From Nemertoderma westbladi (lineage: Eukaryota > Animalia > Xenacoelomorpha), in assembly GCA_032718475.1 (NCBI GenBank), contig JAUCBJ010007883.1:20503-84502 (forward strand): DNA of 64,000 nucleotides, written 5' to 3'. The notes beneath the pieces are model-generated. The model had not been told where the DNA came from and searched no databases. It saw nothing but the letters and a program-made list of their open reading frames with translations. A program made the translations under genes and the position numbers. Positions 34,900-48,060 of the stretch are shown piece after piece (the first letter of the stretch is position 1; the number at the start of each line of letters is the position of its first letter).

Positions 34900-35400
34900 A
34901 AAAAATATATTACCTTTCCTGATAATAATTGTGAATTGTTCCTTTTTTGAAGAATCGGAAGTTTCATCCGTCAATATTGTAAATAAAATACTGCTGACGT
35001 AATGCGTTCCGCAATCTTTACTTGAAACTGTTGCTTTAGTATCCATTATCTATTCTTAATCGAAGGAGACCTCGAAATATTCCTTCTACGGGTACATGAG
35101 TCAGTTAAAATCATCATTCCCAACAAAGAGGACACGTTTTAGTCCCTTCCTGATTAAAAATAAAATTGAAGTTTAGAGGGAGTCCATCAGTCCAAGGATA
35201 ATCTGCCCAGTGGGCGTATCCAGGATTTCTCCGATAAAGTTGAAGTTACTAGACCTAGTGGTACTGTACTGGTGGGCTTCAGATACCTTCCTAAAATTAT
35301 GGGTTAGATACTTTTGGGGCTTTAGTGTTAAAGATTTTATGAACATGGTTAAGCCGAAGTTGGGAGACGTGCGATTCAACATGAACAAACTATACCTACT
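34900..35400 (-). pseudogene. Degenerate hAT (ZMYM1/DUF4371-like) transposase remnant
   Basis: FTILTDETSDSSKKEQFTIIIR matches the hAT first-catalytic-Asp block. An upstream GIFRGLLRLRID resembles GNFxxLL. The segment is frameshifted. Confidence 0.7.
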
Positions 35401-36348
35401 TCTTTAAAATCTGTCGTTGTTACACTTGTGGGTGGCCCATAACTACACAGTATGTATAATACGTACGTATTAACGCATTTATTTTGACACACTTGTAGTC
35501 TTTGTTTCAAATTATTGTTAAGCCCTACATAGCAGAATGAATAGAGCATAAAATTGTTCGCATGTTAGGTGATAGGCATTTTCTGGTTTCTACTGTATAC
35601 AGAAACTTAAATCTTCCATTCCCTTTGGATATTATGTCTGATACAATATCAATTCCTGCCAGGCTGTTGTCTATTGTGAGACCTTACTCAACTATATGAA
35701 AGTGTACGATTATATTTGATTATATTGTGCAGTAAATAGTTCATTAAATAAATAATAATTGATTATATAAATTAAGTAAAAATAAATATTAAAATATTCC
35801 TGCCCCAGCCCCAGTCCACCGTTTTAGAAAGCGATAATTCAAATTTACAGCATGGCACAGGATTTCATTGCTTTGATTGACTGTCCACTCCCCGCTCTTT
35901 GTACAGTTGTATGCTTCCCCCAAGGACTACTGAAGTAGTCTTTGGCTCCCCCTCAACTCTGCCAGTCTGCATCTGCATCTGCACAATGTCTGAATGTAAC
36001 GTACAGAAGTACACTAAGAAGGTCTGAAGGTAAGTACCGTACCGTACACTTCCAGACTGTAGCACTGCACTGGTTGCTGCTTGCTGGGTTGACTGGCTTT
36101 GTCTTTGGCTACTCCAGTACTCTGCTCTGGTCTTAAAGTCTTACATCTTGGTTTGGCAGTTTGGTGCTAGCTGGCTGGTGTCTGGTGCAGTGCAGCAGTG
36201 GTGAATGCAGATACTGAGATACGATACACTGATTCACTGATACGGTCAGACAGTATCGCGCAGTAGTACAGTAGTCAGGTAGTAGGGTGTAGTACCGGTA
36301 CTACTGTACTATACCTGTATACCGTGTATACAGCTATATACTACAACT

Positions 36349-37326
36349 ATGCCTTCGCTATTCAATGTGATTGTTGTGCTTCTAACTTCTATGCGCTATC
36401 ATTGCCACGCGGAACTTTCTCCTAATGATTATTTGCGCAAAGAATTTAGTTTAATCAAACCATTCTCTGGTGCACGGATACCGCTTTGGGACATCCTAGG
36501 GAACACGATGATAACCCCGGACTACGTGCGACTAACTCCGGACGAACCGAGCCGAAGCGGCGCGATATGGGGCAAAGTTCCCTGCAACGTCCGGGACTGG
36601 GAGATCCATCTGCGATTCCGAGTCCACGGCAAAGCCAAGTCCTTGTTCGGCGACGGATTCGCGTTCTGGTACGCCCGGGACAGGATGTTCTCCGGCCCGG
36701 TGTTCGGTAGTCGGGACTACTTTCACGGACTCGCCGTATTCTTCGACACTTACAGCAACCACAACGGCCCACACAACCACGGACACCCCTATATATCCGC
36801 GATGGTGAACAACGGGACCTTCCATTACGACCACGACCGGGACGGGACTCACACCGAGATGTCCGGTTGCCAATCCTCCTTCAGGAATCGGAAATCCGAC
36901 GTTAAAGCGATAATCCGTTACGTGAAAGGCCAACTCACCGTGTCTACGGACATCGACGATAGAGGTAAACCCAAGGAGTGTTTCACCTCTCCGGACGTTC
37001 GTCTACCCATCGGGTACCACTTTGGTCTATCAGCGGCCACTGGGGAACTATCGGACAACCACGATATTATATCGTTTAAGTTCTACGATATTGATATGCC
37101 GGGACGGATAGCGGCCAAGGAGGAGGAACTGCGGAATATTAAACCGGAGGCGCGGTTCTTCCAGCCCCCGCGGGACCACATTGATGACGCTCCCGTCTCC
37201 ACACTGGGGGGGTTCAGGATGTTTCTACTGGTACTTATTGGACTCGCTGGGACCGTTCTATGCGTGGGTGTCAGCGTTATGGTGCTAAAGAAGCGCCAAG
37301 AAAGGAACCTAAAGCGCTTTTATTAA
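36349..37326 (+). CDS. LMAN2: VIP36/LMAN2-family L-type lectin cargo receptor, intronless
   Basis: Signal peptide, GDGFAFWY, GPVFGS, FFDTYSN, YDHDRDG, SAATGELSDNHDII, a TM helix and a KRFY C-terminus. Confidence 0.95.
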   Translation: MPSLFNVIVVLLTSMRYHCHAELSPNDYLRKEFSLIKPFSGARIPLWDILGNTMITPDYVRLTPDEPSRSGAIWGKVPCNVRDWEIHLRFRVHGKAKSLFGDGFAFWYARDRMFSGPVFGSRDYFHGLAVFFDTYSNHNGPHNHGHPYISAMVNNGTFHYDHDRDGTHTEMSGCQSSFRNRKSDVKAIIRYVKGQLTVSTDIDDRGKPKECFTSPDVRLPIGYHFGLSAATGELSDNHDIISFKFYDIDMPGRIAAKEEELRNIKPEARFFQPPRDHIDDAPVSTLGGFRMFLLVLIGLAGTVLCVGVSVMVLKKRQERNLKRFY

Positions 37327-37851
37327 GGGCCGGATGCCCTGCCTTGATTCGAATAAATTAGAGATACACCGTCGGAGCGGAAGACTTGCTGCCATTCTTT
37401 TTTGAGCTATTAGTTAATTATTATTCCGTAATGACTGTAGAAACATCGACGGAGTCTAGCAAAGCAGTTCATTATATTCGGCTGGTCGGGGAGTTTATTT
37501 TTTTAGTTATATTAGAAACGTCTCGTTCGGTATTGTTTGTATCAATTGTGAATTTGGGATTATTTAACATCTCCATCGTTTGTCTTGTTGACAGTTTTAG
37601 CGTAAATATTAATATAAATATTATTGGACTGTCTAATATGTAACTATTTTAAGTATTTCTGGAACTAAAGTGATAATAATATATGCATGGGTTGCGTACG
37701 TGCATTAATAATAATTACTATACTAATATGTGTCGCAATATTTTCGCCCCCAACCCCAATAAAAGATGGTTCCCCAAACTAAAAGTGACATGGAATTAAA
37801 TTTTAAAGCAAAAATATTGTAAGATATTGAATCCACCTTTAGTATAAATAT

Positions 37852-38486
37852 TAGGGATGTGGCGAATGTCCGCATCCGCGGATATCCGCATGATTTTTCG
37901 CATTCGCACCCCCGCCCATGGCATGCGGATGTTACATGCGGATGATACATGCATTATTCAAGCATCCCGTCTGAAGGCACAGCAACCACTCAATTAAATT
38001 TTCAATAATAATTACTTTTTCCCTTATGAAATTTTTTTTATTTTATCTTAAAATTATCAAAGTATAAAATATCAAAATTATTTCTTACTACTTATTTCTT
38101 ATATCAACTTGGCCAGATGTAAAATAAACTACTGTGTTGTATTATACCAGGATCTAATCTCCCAAGACCTCATGACGCAGGCCAGGACCCAACGACCACT
38201 CACATGACCTACGACGCATTACTGGGCTGGGCAGCCTATGCCCATGAATAGGCATAGATTGAACTGTTCTATAATCTTAGACTCTCGTTAGTTTATTAAT
38301 ATAAGATTAGAATATAATATTAAAATGCTGCTGGTATAACACCTTGATGTAAAAGGGAGGTCAGGCAAAAATATATATGTTTTAATAGACATCCGCATCC
38401 GTGCGGATGTCACCTCAGACTGTCAGACATTTGCATCCGCATCTGCATTCGCGGATGTTAAAAATATGACATTCGCAACATCCCTA
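37852..38486. mobile_element. hAT-like MITE
   Basis: TIR TAGGGATGTGGCGAATGTC / GACATTCGCAACATCCCTA with subterminal CGCATCCGC/GCGGAT repeats. The TSD is not clean. Confidence 0.7.
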
Positions 38487-39137
38487 ATATTATATAATAT
38501 ATATATATGTATAATATATATGTAATATATATTACGGATATCACCTGATCCAGGATGACGGATCCATGTAGGATCATAGAAATCGCAGATCCTAGGATCC
38601 AATAGCATTAATTAATTAATAGTCTAAGGTTTTCGTCTTATACATGTTTGTAAACAGCGGAGCCAATGAACTACAGCGGCTTATCCTATCAATACCATGA
38701 TGGGGGTGGTGTAGAGCGCTTCTTAAAAATCGAATTTCCATGCGGAGTGCGCATTTTTATCCGGATGAGGTAATAAACTGTGTGTGGTAAAAACTTTTCA
38801 GTGAAACATTGACATTGACAAATGGGGCAAACCCATCCTTGGGGTGTGCTGATGATGCTAGATTTGTGTAGTTGTGATGATCGATTGATTGATTGTTTTT
38901 ACGCGATAAATATAGAGTACTGTAGATACAAATTATATAACAACAAAATACATATAAATACTTTGCATAATTATTGGACAGGCGGTAATATATAGTAGAG
39001 TATATGTCTTTCAAATAGTAAGAATTAATGGCACCGACAACAGAAAATACATATTAAAATTGGTAAGTTTATACTATATCATTCATCAAATATATTACTA
39101 AAATCTTTAAAATCATAAAAGTTATTAATTTAATTAA

Positions 39138-40061
39138 GGGGAGAGGAGTACATTACCACCACCACCCCCCCCCCCCCCCCCCCCCCCCTGAACAATTTCT
39201 ATTATTTCAATTACAATTTCTATTGAATTTAAAATATTTTGATTTTATACAGTATGGGCTGTTAAAATATGGCCAAACATTTGTTTTTTCGAAAAATTTT
39301 CAAATTTCCAGTCGCCCTCTAGCGGCCATTGAATGAATCAAGATTTGCGGTTAAAATGCTAGTAGTCATTCAATTTTAGGTGAAATTGTCATGAAAGGTG
39401 AAATTAAAAAAGCCAATTTTTTCGAATTACGGAGGTGAGCTCCGCAAAAGTTATCTGTTAAAATTTTAAGTTTTGCCTTTTTATGAAAATTAATTAATAT
39501 TAATTAATATTTGGCAAAATTTTAACAAATTTTTGGCTTTAATCTGAAAAATTGGCTGTAAAAACAAAAATATCAAAATTTCCAACCGATAACTTTGAAA
39601 GAACAGCAGAAACCCTTTCGAATCAGCCAAAAATAAAGAAAATTGGTTCAAAAATTGGCGGTGGTGTAGTAATTTGAAAAATGAAAAATGTCATTCCAAT
39701 TGCCTTCAAAGTTTAAACCTTCCCGCCAGAACTGGCTGTCTGTGGTCTGGTTGGTTAATCATTTCTGGCATGATAGACTCACCGGGCTAAAACTTTCATT
39801 ATGGGGGTTTTCGGGGTCGTTGATTTAATTTCCGATGTCAGTTTTAAATTTTGGTGGAATCTAGTCTCTCCGGTTATCTGTCTGTCTTATAATTTGACTG
39901 ACAGACCGTCATACGGAAAAATAGCGATAACTCGAGAACTAAAAGAGGTTCCGCTAAGCGGTTTTCAGATTTGAAATTCTCATTAAATTATGCTATAGAT
40001 TAAATAAAAAAAACATTTGAAATTTTGACATGGGGGGGGGGGGGGGGGGGGTACTCCCCCC
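39138..40061. mobile_element. Kolobok-like non-autonomous DNA element
   Basis: TTAA at 39134-39137 and 40062-40065. GGGG..GGAGTAC / GTACTCCCCCC ends, followed inward by poly-C and poly-G tracts. Confidence 0.65.
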
Positions 40062-40331
40062 TTAAGTCAACTAAAAAATTAAAATATTTACAAATACTAA
40101 TACAAATAAAAATTTCAAATACTAATAAACAAGTAAAAAACTGAAACGATAATCTTATCTTACTATTTTGTGTCTAATCATGTTTTGACGTAAGTTTATT
40201 ATTATTCAGTAATTAATAATTAAAAACAAATAAAGGCGTATTGGATTGCTCCATGAGGCCGGTGCCTCGTTTCCATTGGGGTCCATTCTAGTACTGTAGG
40301 TAAGTTAAAAATATTGAAATGTTGATTGGTC

Positions 40332-43300
40332 AGAGCTCTCTTTTGTCTCTCCAGCCTACCTCTCTGCAACGGGTCTCTCCAGCATACCTCTTCACCCCGG
40401 GTCTCTCCAGCCTACCTCTTCAATCCGGGTCTCTCCAGCCTACCTCTTCAATAACCCGGGTCTCTCCAGCCTACCTCTCTGCAACGGGTCTCTCCAGCCT
40501 ACCTCTTCAACCCGGGTCTCTCCAGCCTACCTCTTCAATCCGGATCTCTCCAGCCTACCTCTTCAATAACCCGGGTCGCTCCAGCCTACCTTTTCAACCC
40601 TGGACTCTCCAGCCTACTTCTTCAATAACCCGGGTCTCTCCAGCCTACCTTTTCAACCCTGGACTCTCCAGCCTACCTAACTGTAACGGGTCTCTCCAGC
40701 CTACCTCTCTGCAACGGGACTCTCCAGCCTACCTCTCTGCAACGGGTCTCTCCGGCCCACCTCTTCAACAACCCGGGACTCTCCAACCTACCTCTCTGCA
40801 ACGGGACTCTCCAACCTACCTCTCTGCAGCGGGACTCTCCAGCCTACCTCTCTGCAACGGGTCTCTCCAGTCTACCTCTCTGCAACGGGACTCTCCAGCC
40901 TACCTCTCTGCAACGGTTCTGTCCAGCCTACCTCTTCAACCCGGGTCTCTCCAGCCTACCTCTCTGCAAGGGGACTCTCCAGCCTACCTCTCTGCAACGG
41001 GACTTTCCGGCCTACCTCTCTGCAACGGGACTCTCCAGCCTACCTCTCTGCAACGGGTCTCTCCAGCCTACCTCTTTAACCCGGGTCTCTCCAGCCTACC
41101 TCCTCAACCCGGATCTCTCCAGCCTACCTCTTCAACCCGGGTCTCTCCAGCCTACCTCTCTGCAACGGGTCTCTCCAGCCTACCTCTTCAACCCGGGTCT
41201 CTCCAGCCTACCTCTTCAATCGGATCTCTCCAGCCTACCTCTTCAATAACCCGGGTCTCTCCAGCCTACCTTTTCAACCCTGGATTCTCCAGCCTACCTA
41301 ATTGTAACGGGTCTCTCCAGCCTACCTGTTCAATAACCCGGGTCTCTCCAGCCTACCTCTCTGCAACGGGTCTCTCCAGCCTACCTCTCTGCAACGGGTC
41401 TCTCCAGCCTACCTCTTCAACCCGGGTCTCTCCAGCCTACCTCTTCAATCCGGATCTCTCCAGCCTACCTCTTCAATAACCCGGGTCGCTCCAGCCTACC
41501 TTTTCAACCCTGGACTCTCCAGCCTACCTAATTGTAACGGGTCTCTCCAGCCTATCTCTTCAATAACCCGGGTCTCTCCAGCCTACCTCTCTGCAACGGG
41601 TCTCTCCAGCCTACCTCTTCAATAACCCGGTACTCTCCAGCCTACCTCTCTGCAACGGGACTCTCCAGCCTACCTTTCTGCAACGGGTCTCTCCAGCCTA
41701 CTTCTCTGCAACGGGTCTCTCCAGCCTACCTAATTGTAACGGGTCTCTCCAGCCTATCTCTTCAATAACCCGGGTCTCTCCAGCCTACCTTTTCAACAAC
41801 CCGGGACTCTCCAGCCTACCTCTTCAACCCGGGTTTCTCCAGCCTACCTCTTCAACCCGGATCTCTCCAGCCTACCTCTTCAATCCGGATCTCTCCAGCC
41901 TACCTTTTCAATAACCCGGGTCTCTCCAGCCTACCTTTTCAACCCTGGACTCTCCAGCCTACCTAATTGTAACGGGTCTCTCCAGCCTACCTCCCTGAAA
42001 CGGGTCTCTCCAGCCTACCTATCTGCAACGGGTCTCTCCGACCTACCTCTTCAACAACCCGGGTCTCTCCACCCTACCTCTTCAACCCGGGTCTCTCCAG
42101 CCTACCTCTTCAACCCGGGTTTCTCCAGCCTACCTCTTCAACCCGGATCTCTCCAGCCTACCTCTTCAATAACCCGGGTCTCCCCAGCCTACCTTTTCAA
42201 CCCTGGACTCTCCAGCCTACCTATTTGCGACGGGACTCTCCAGCCTACCTCTCTGCAAGGGGACTCTCCAGCCTACCTCTCTGCAACGGGACTATCCGGC
42301 CTACCTCTCTACAACGAGACTCTCCAGCCTACCTCTCTGCAACGGGTCTCTCCAGCCTACCTCTTCAACCCGGGTTTCTCCAGCCTACCTCTTCAACCCG
42401 GATCTCTCCAGCCTACCTCTTCAATAACCCGGGTCTCCCCAGCCTACCTTTTCAACCCTGGACTCTCCAGCCTACCTATTTGCGACGGGACTCTCCAGCC
42501 TACCTCTCTGCAAGGGGACTCTCCAGCCTACCTCTCTGCAACGGGACTATCCGGCCTACCTCTCTACAACGAGACTCTCCAGCCTACCTCTCTGCAACGG
42601 GTCTCTCCAGCCTACCTCTTCAACCCGGGTTTCTCCAGCCTACCTCTTCAACCCGGATCTCTCCAGCCTACCTCTTCAATAACCCGGGTCTCCCCAGCCT
42701 ACCTTTTCAACCCTGGACTCTCCAGCCTACCTATTTGCGACGGGACTCTCCAGCCTACCTCTCTGCAAGGGGACTCTCCAGCCTACCTCTCTGCAACGGG
42801 ACTCTCCGGCCTACCTCTCTACAACGAGACTCCCCAGCCTACCTATCTGCAACGGGACTCTCCAGCCTACCTCTCTGCAACGGGTATCTCCAGCCTACCT
42901 CTTCAACACGGGTCTCTCCAGCCTACCTCTTCAATCCGGGTCTCTCCAGCCTACCTCTCTGCAACGGGTCTCTCCAGCCTACCTCTTCAACCCGGGTCTC
43001 TCCAGCCTACCTCTTCAATCCGGATCTCTCCAGCCTACCTCTTCAATAACCCGGGTCTCTACAGCCTACCTCTTCAACCCTGGACTCTCCAGCCTACCTA
43101 ATTGTAACGGGTCTTTCCAGCCTACCTCTCTGCAACGGGTCTCTCCAGCCTACCTCTCTGCAACGGGACTCTCCAGCCTACCTCTCTGCAACGGGACTCT
43201 CCAGCCTACCTCTCTGCAACGGGACTCTCCGGCCTACCTCTTCAACAACCCGGATCTCTCCAGCCTACCTCTTCAACCCGGGTCTCTCCAGCCCACCTCT

Positions 43301-43550
43301 TTAACAACCCGGGTCTCTCCACCCTACCTCTTCAACCTGGGTCTCTCCAGCCTACCTCTTCAACCCGGGTCTCCCCAGCCTACCTCTTCAACCCAGATCT
43401 CTCCAGCCTACCTCTTCAATAACCCGGGTCTCTCCAGCCTACCTCTTCAACCCTGGACTCTCCAGCCGACCTATTTGCGACGGGACTCTCCAGGCTACCT
43501 CTCTGCAACGGGTCTATCCAGCCTACCTCTTCAACCCGGGATTCTCTAGC
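40332..43550. repeat. Complex minisatellite with 28-31-bp units, a constant CTCTCCAGCCTACCT core and a small set of variant linkers
   Basis: Read directly. A 255-bp higher-order period is visible (CTATTTGCGA at 42221, 42476 and 42731). Confidence 0.95.
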
Positions 43551-43962
43551 TTACGCAAATGTCTTGACGACTAATATGATCACCACAAAACATTCTCACA
43601 CATCTCCGAAATTGTTTAATTCACCCGTGTTTTTCACAGCTGTCTGTCTCTCTGTCCGTCTTTCCGGACAGATGCGATCATCAAAGCTGACAACCATTTC
43701 TTAACTCAAATTAAAGTTAATCATCAATTGAAGCAAATTAAGAGGTTACAGTAGAATGGACGGTGATTCCAACCAAAACTATAAACAAGAGTTATGAGCA
43801 CAGCAGCCACAGGTTACAGTTGCATTTTAGTTGTTGTCGAAATGTCGGCGTAACGTTTCCACCGATGGAGAACACTTCACCAATTCTCCATATTTCAGTT
43901 TGAATTCTTATTTTAGTTCTTATTTCTGCTCATTTATTTGCTTATTTTCTTATTTTTTCTGC

Positions 43963-44553
43963 CGTACTTCAACAACAAAACCCTCAAACTTACTTAGGCC
44001 TCTGCTCCACTGTTCAATGGGAGCGTCTCCACTGGTACAGTATGTCGCAAGTCATGGCGTAATTGTTTCAATGAATTCACATATCTCGGAGGTTGTGGTT
44101 TCAATCCCCGCCTGGAACAGGGCAGTTTTCGTTTCGGCACGAATGCATTGAAGGAACCACCCAGGGCGCCTGCCTTGCATCCTTAAGTGGTAGCTAAATG
44201 AGTACTGGAATTTCCTTTGGGGAGTATAGTTCTGGGGGGGGGGGGGGGGGCGCACTGGAAATAAGTAGTGAGACTTTGTGTGTATTCCTGAACTTTCCTT
44301 TTGAGAGTCGAAGTGATTATGCCCCACATGTTCCATATTTTTTTGAAATACTACTCATTAGTTATATCCGGCTAGAGTCCGGGTGATTTACTTTAGGGAC
44401 AGTAGTAGGCCTAGCAAAATTTTCATCGAAGGTTTTTTAAATGACATGCGAATGTAATAAATTCTTACATTTTCCCTCACCTTTTCTTAGCTGCGTGTGT
44501 ATAAGTTGCCATAATACACCCGGTATTTCGCTTGGCATGAACCCAATAACGAT
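43963..44553 (+). repeat. Second copy of the composite repeat at 19513-20190, including the Nin-like SINE part
   Basis: Colinear near-identical blocks, e.g. CAACAACAAAACCCTCAAACTTACTTAGGCC and GAGTCGAAGTGATTATGCCCC...GAATGTAAT. Confidence 0.85.
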
Positions 44554-44747
44554 TTATACATTTATAAGTTATAGATAATATAGATTTATGTTGGATCACT
44601 CATTATACAGTATAAAAACAAATTAAAGTTTATTAATTTCACCAGCACCTGATTTACTATTGATAACCCTACACTATTATTATATTTCATTGTGTCAAGT
44701 ACAATGAACACATCTCCAATCAGAGTGTACATCATTGGAGGTGTTCC

Positions 44748-45057
44748 ATTATTCTCTCCTAGCTTGACACTTACAGAACCGCCTCCGCTTTGCAGGACAT
44801 TGCTTTCGCCATGAGGACCAGCCAGTCTGCCAGTGCATAATCTTGTAGCGAATACGCACGGTGGACAGCCTACAGCTTATTGAGACGAATCTTAAAGGAC
44901 ACACTGACTGGCCTTGAAGATGCGGATGATCTAGCAAATGTCATGGGTGATAGGGAGTTGTGGCGGGGCAATTTTGTCGACAAGCCGGCACAGCATTCGT
45001 AATATATATATAATATACATGTATATATAATGCAGCTGCCCTGCAATGCAGCATGCA
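44748..45057 (+). mobile_element. RTE LINE 3' fragment
   Basis: Colinear with the reverse complement of 5561-5835. Confidence 0.8.
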
Positions 45058-46660
45058 TGCCGATCCTAGTAGTAGTATCTACAGTATAACAGTGATTCTC
45101 TAAACTACTATTGTATGTAGAGTATAAGTTTCTACGGTTTCTACGTTTCTTTTATCCTTTGTAGTAAATAAGTACCAAGTCAGTCAGTATCCTCAGGTGT
45201 GCAGAACCAGAAAAAAAACTCTGCTCTTATTTGAGATTCACAATGTAAAGATGTATCAGAATACGAATACTGAAACAAATAGGCCAACAGACACCGGTCG
45301 TAAGAAAACAATACTGAAACAACAGAACAAATATATCGACAATAGGTTACCGAAACAAACTCGTGCTGTATGCAACGGTAGGTCTTACTATTGCCTTTAT
45401 GTAGATGCTTTATGCAGTTATGTATGCCTGTCAGTCTGTATGTATGCTGGTATAGCTGTATAGGGCATATCAGAATAGTATACCAGAGAAAGCCTAGTTA
45501 GTTTATATTGATATTGGTTAATGATTGAGTAGGCTGTACTGTCTGACTGTCTGACCGTAGGCCTACATTTTTTTTGTATACTGTAATACGGTAATTAGTC
45601 CGGTTACAGTTTTAATCCTGATAAAATTTCATTTGCAGTTTCAGTTATAGATTATATATATTATTATCTCACGTAGTAAAGCAGTCCACAGTCATTGAAA
45701 TACTGTAATGTCAGTCTCATCGAGGCGGGGTGCAGTGCAGTCTCTCACCCAATGACCCAGTCAGTTGCCCAACAAAAAAATCAAATGAATTACTTGCCCA
45801 ATAAAAAAGTTATATAGCTAAAAATGAGTCACTTTAATATATATTACTGTACTGCTGTAATATTAATATACACTAATAATAATATTCATTACGAAACTGT
45901 ATCTTTATAGAGTTACTGTATAGGTAGTTGTAGGAAATCCATTATATCCCTCTACCATTACGATTACATCATTAATTTTATTTTTGTTTATCTAAAACCT
46001 TTATGATTTATAGGCCTACGCTACAGTAGTATGCGATATTTAGGAAGGAAAGATTGGTGATAATGCTGATAATAGTCTAATACTGTAGTTGAGACACATA
46101 AACAGACTAATTATAACCATATGCTACTCCTACTGTAGATCTTCGTTCACTACTTGACTCGCCAAATAAATCACAGTTGAGCTAAGTGGGCAATGGCGTC
46201 TTTGGGCCACTTTGACTACTGGTGGCCCATTACTATCAAGGTCCAAAACTATAATAATAAACAAAAATACAATGTTTTAATAAAGATACCTATGTTGAAC
46301 AATGTTTTCGTATTAATTTATTAAGCTACGCACTTATACTATTGCAATTCTGTTTCTTTTTCCAATGCTCATTCATGTTAGTTGTGTGGTTGAGAACTGA
46401 ATCGATTTTTAGTAATTTCAGTTTCAGTTACTGTTACAATATTCAAAATTAGTAATTACAGTTTCAGTTACAGCTGTACAGTATTCAAAATTTGTAATTA
46501 CAGTTACAGTTGCAGTTACAGTATTAAAAAATTATCAAAATCATTCAGTTACAGTTCCATAGTTACAGTATAATTACAGTTACAGTTCTCAACACTACAA
46601 CTGATTCAATTATTAATAATAGCCATTTTATAGTTTATTTTCCAAGAGAACGAATCATAT

Positions 46661-46733
46661 GCCTCCTTAGCGCAGTCGGCAGCGCGTCAGTCTCATAATC
46701 TGGAGGTCGCCAGTTCGATCCTGGCAGGGGGCA
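46661..46733 (+). tRNA. tRNA-Met (CAT), elongator type
   Basis: Full cloverleaf: acceptor GCCTCCT/AGGGGGC, anticodon loop CTCATAA, T arm GCCAG-TTCGATC-CTGGC and discriminator A. An oligo-T terminator follows. Confidence 0.96.
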
Positions 46734-48060
46734 TGCTTTCTTTTTTACTTCATAATGGAAGTAAATAATCGGAATCACAATAATGTATAATTGTATCTTT
46801 ATCCCATATTCACAGAAGAAATATTGGATTACGCCCACTCTTGAAAGCATTGATCCGTTGATTGCTATAGCAGCAGCAGCCCTCTAGCAACAGCAGAAGA
46901 ACCAAGTTACTAAAACAAATAACATTTTGAATTTCCCGCTCATCATTACCATTGCTGCATTACCAACTATTGCATAATACACATTCCCTATCCATAGTCC
47001 CTATGCTGATGATTTCCACTGACATTCTGACTGTGAATCATAGTTTCTGTTATATGACTGTATGACGGATGGGGATGCTGCATGCCTGTATGTGGTACAA
47101 TAGGCCCTACCGTCTGACCGTATACTGACTGTATTCATTGTTCTTGTATTGGCCTAAAACTATTTTTAAAGTTCCCCATGAAATAAATACAGAAATAGGC
47201 CTATTTGTTCTTCATATAATACAGTAATAAATGGTTATAATCCCATTTAATAATAATACCAGAATACAAGAATAGCTGAATAGGTTACTGTAATAGGGCA
47301 AACGGTACCGGTAATACAATAATACATGTAATAAAAAGGCCTACTACAGTACTATACCAGTCAGCCAGTATACAATAATTATATATATCATCAGGAGACA
47401 GGGGCGGAAACTAGACGCAAATCCCATCTTGGCGAATTAATATCCAACCTCAATCAGTCAATGTTAAATTCTCAATTTAGGGAAAGGAGCAGGTTACAGT
47501 AGTACCGGTACGTTATTTTAACCAAAACAATAAACTAAATACAATAGAACAGGTTACAGATTCATTTTTGAGAGTAATCAGCTGCTACTTGCGTCGAATT
47601 TCCCCTGGCAGCCTGGGGAGGGATTAATTTTTATTGCGTCCAGTTTTCCACCCTAGGCGCTAGGCCTATCTGATCATCAGATCATACAGTCATATATCAG
47701 TCTGTATATTCAGATATTACTGTATGATATATGGATAATATCCATATATCAATATCATACAGTAATACAGTAATATATCCATTGGCTCCATATATATCCA
47801 ATCCATATAAAATCCATTAATATATCAATATAGTTATATCCATTGGTTATAGCTTGGCTTACTGCAGTAGATCACGGCACACGGCTGGCTTAGCCTATTC
47901 TACTATCTGACTATTGGCAGTTTGGCGGGTAGTTACTAGTTATCCATTTTTTTTATCTGGTTCAATCCCTGTTTTATCAAAATATTTGTGTAAATTCCAA
48001 TTATCCACTTCTGACAGTCTGTGTTTCCGAGGTTGGAGGTAAACAAATAATTACAGTTCG

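Noticed and set aside
40319-43049. 386-aa and 274-aa ORFs in the satellite
   Set aside because: They are by-products of a stop-poor 28-bp unit cycling through three frames, with no unique coding sequence.
40332-43550. CRISPR-like repeat/spacer appearance
   Set aside because: The linkers are only 12-16 bp, related to each other and reused many times. The context is eukaryotic and there are no cas genes.
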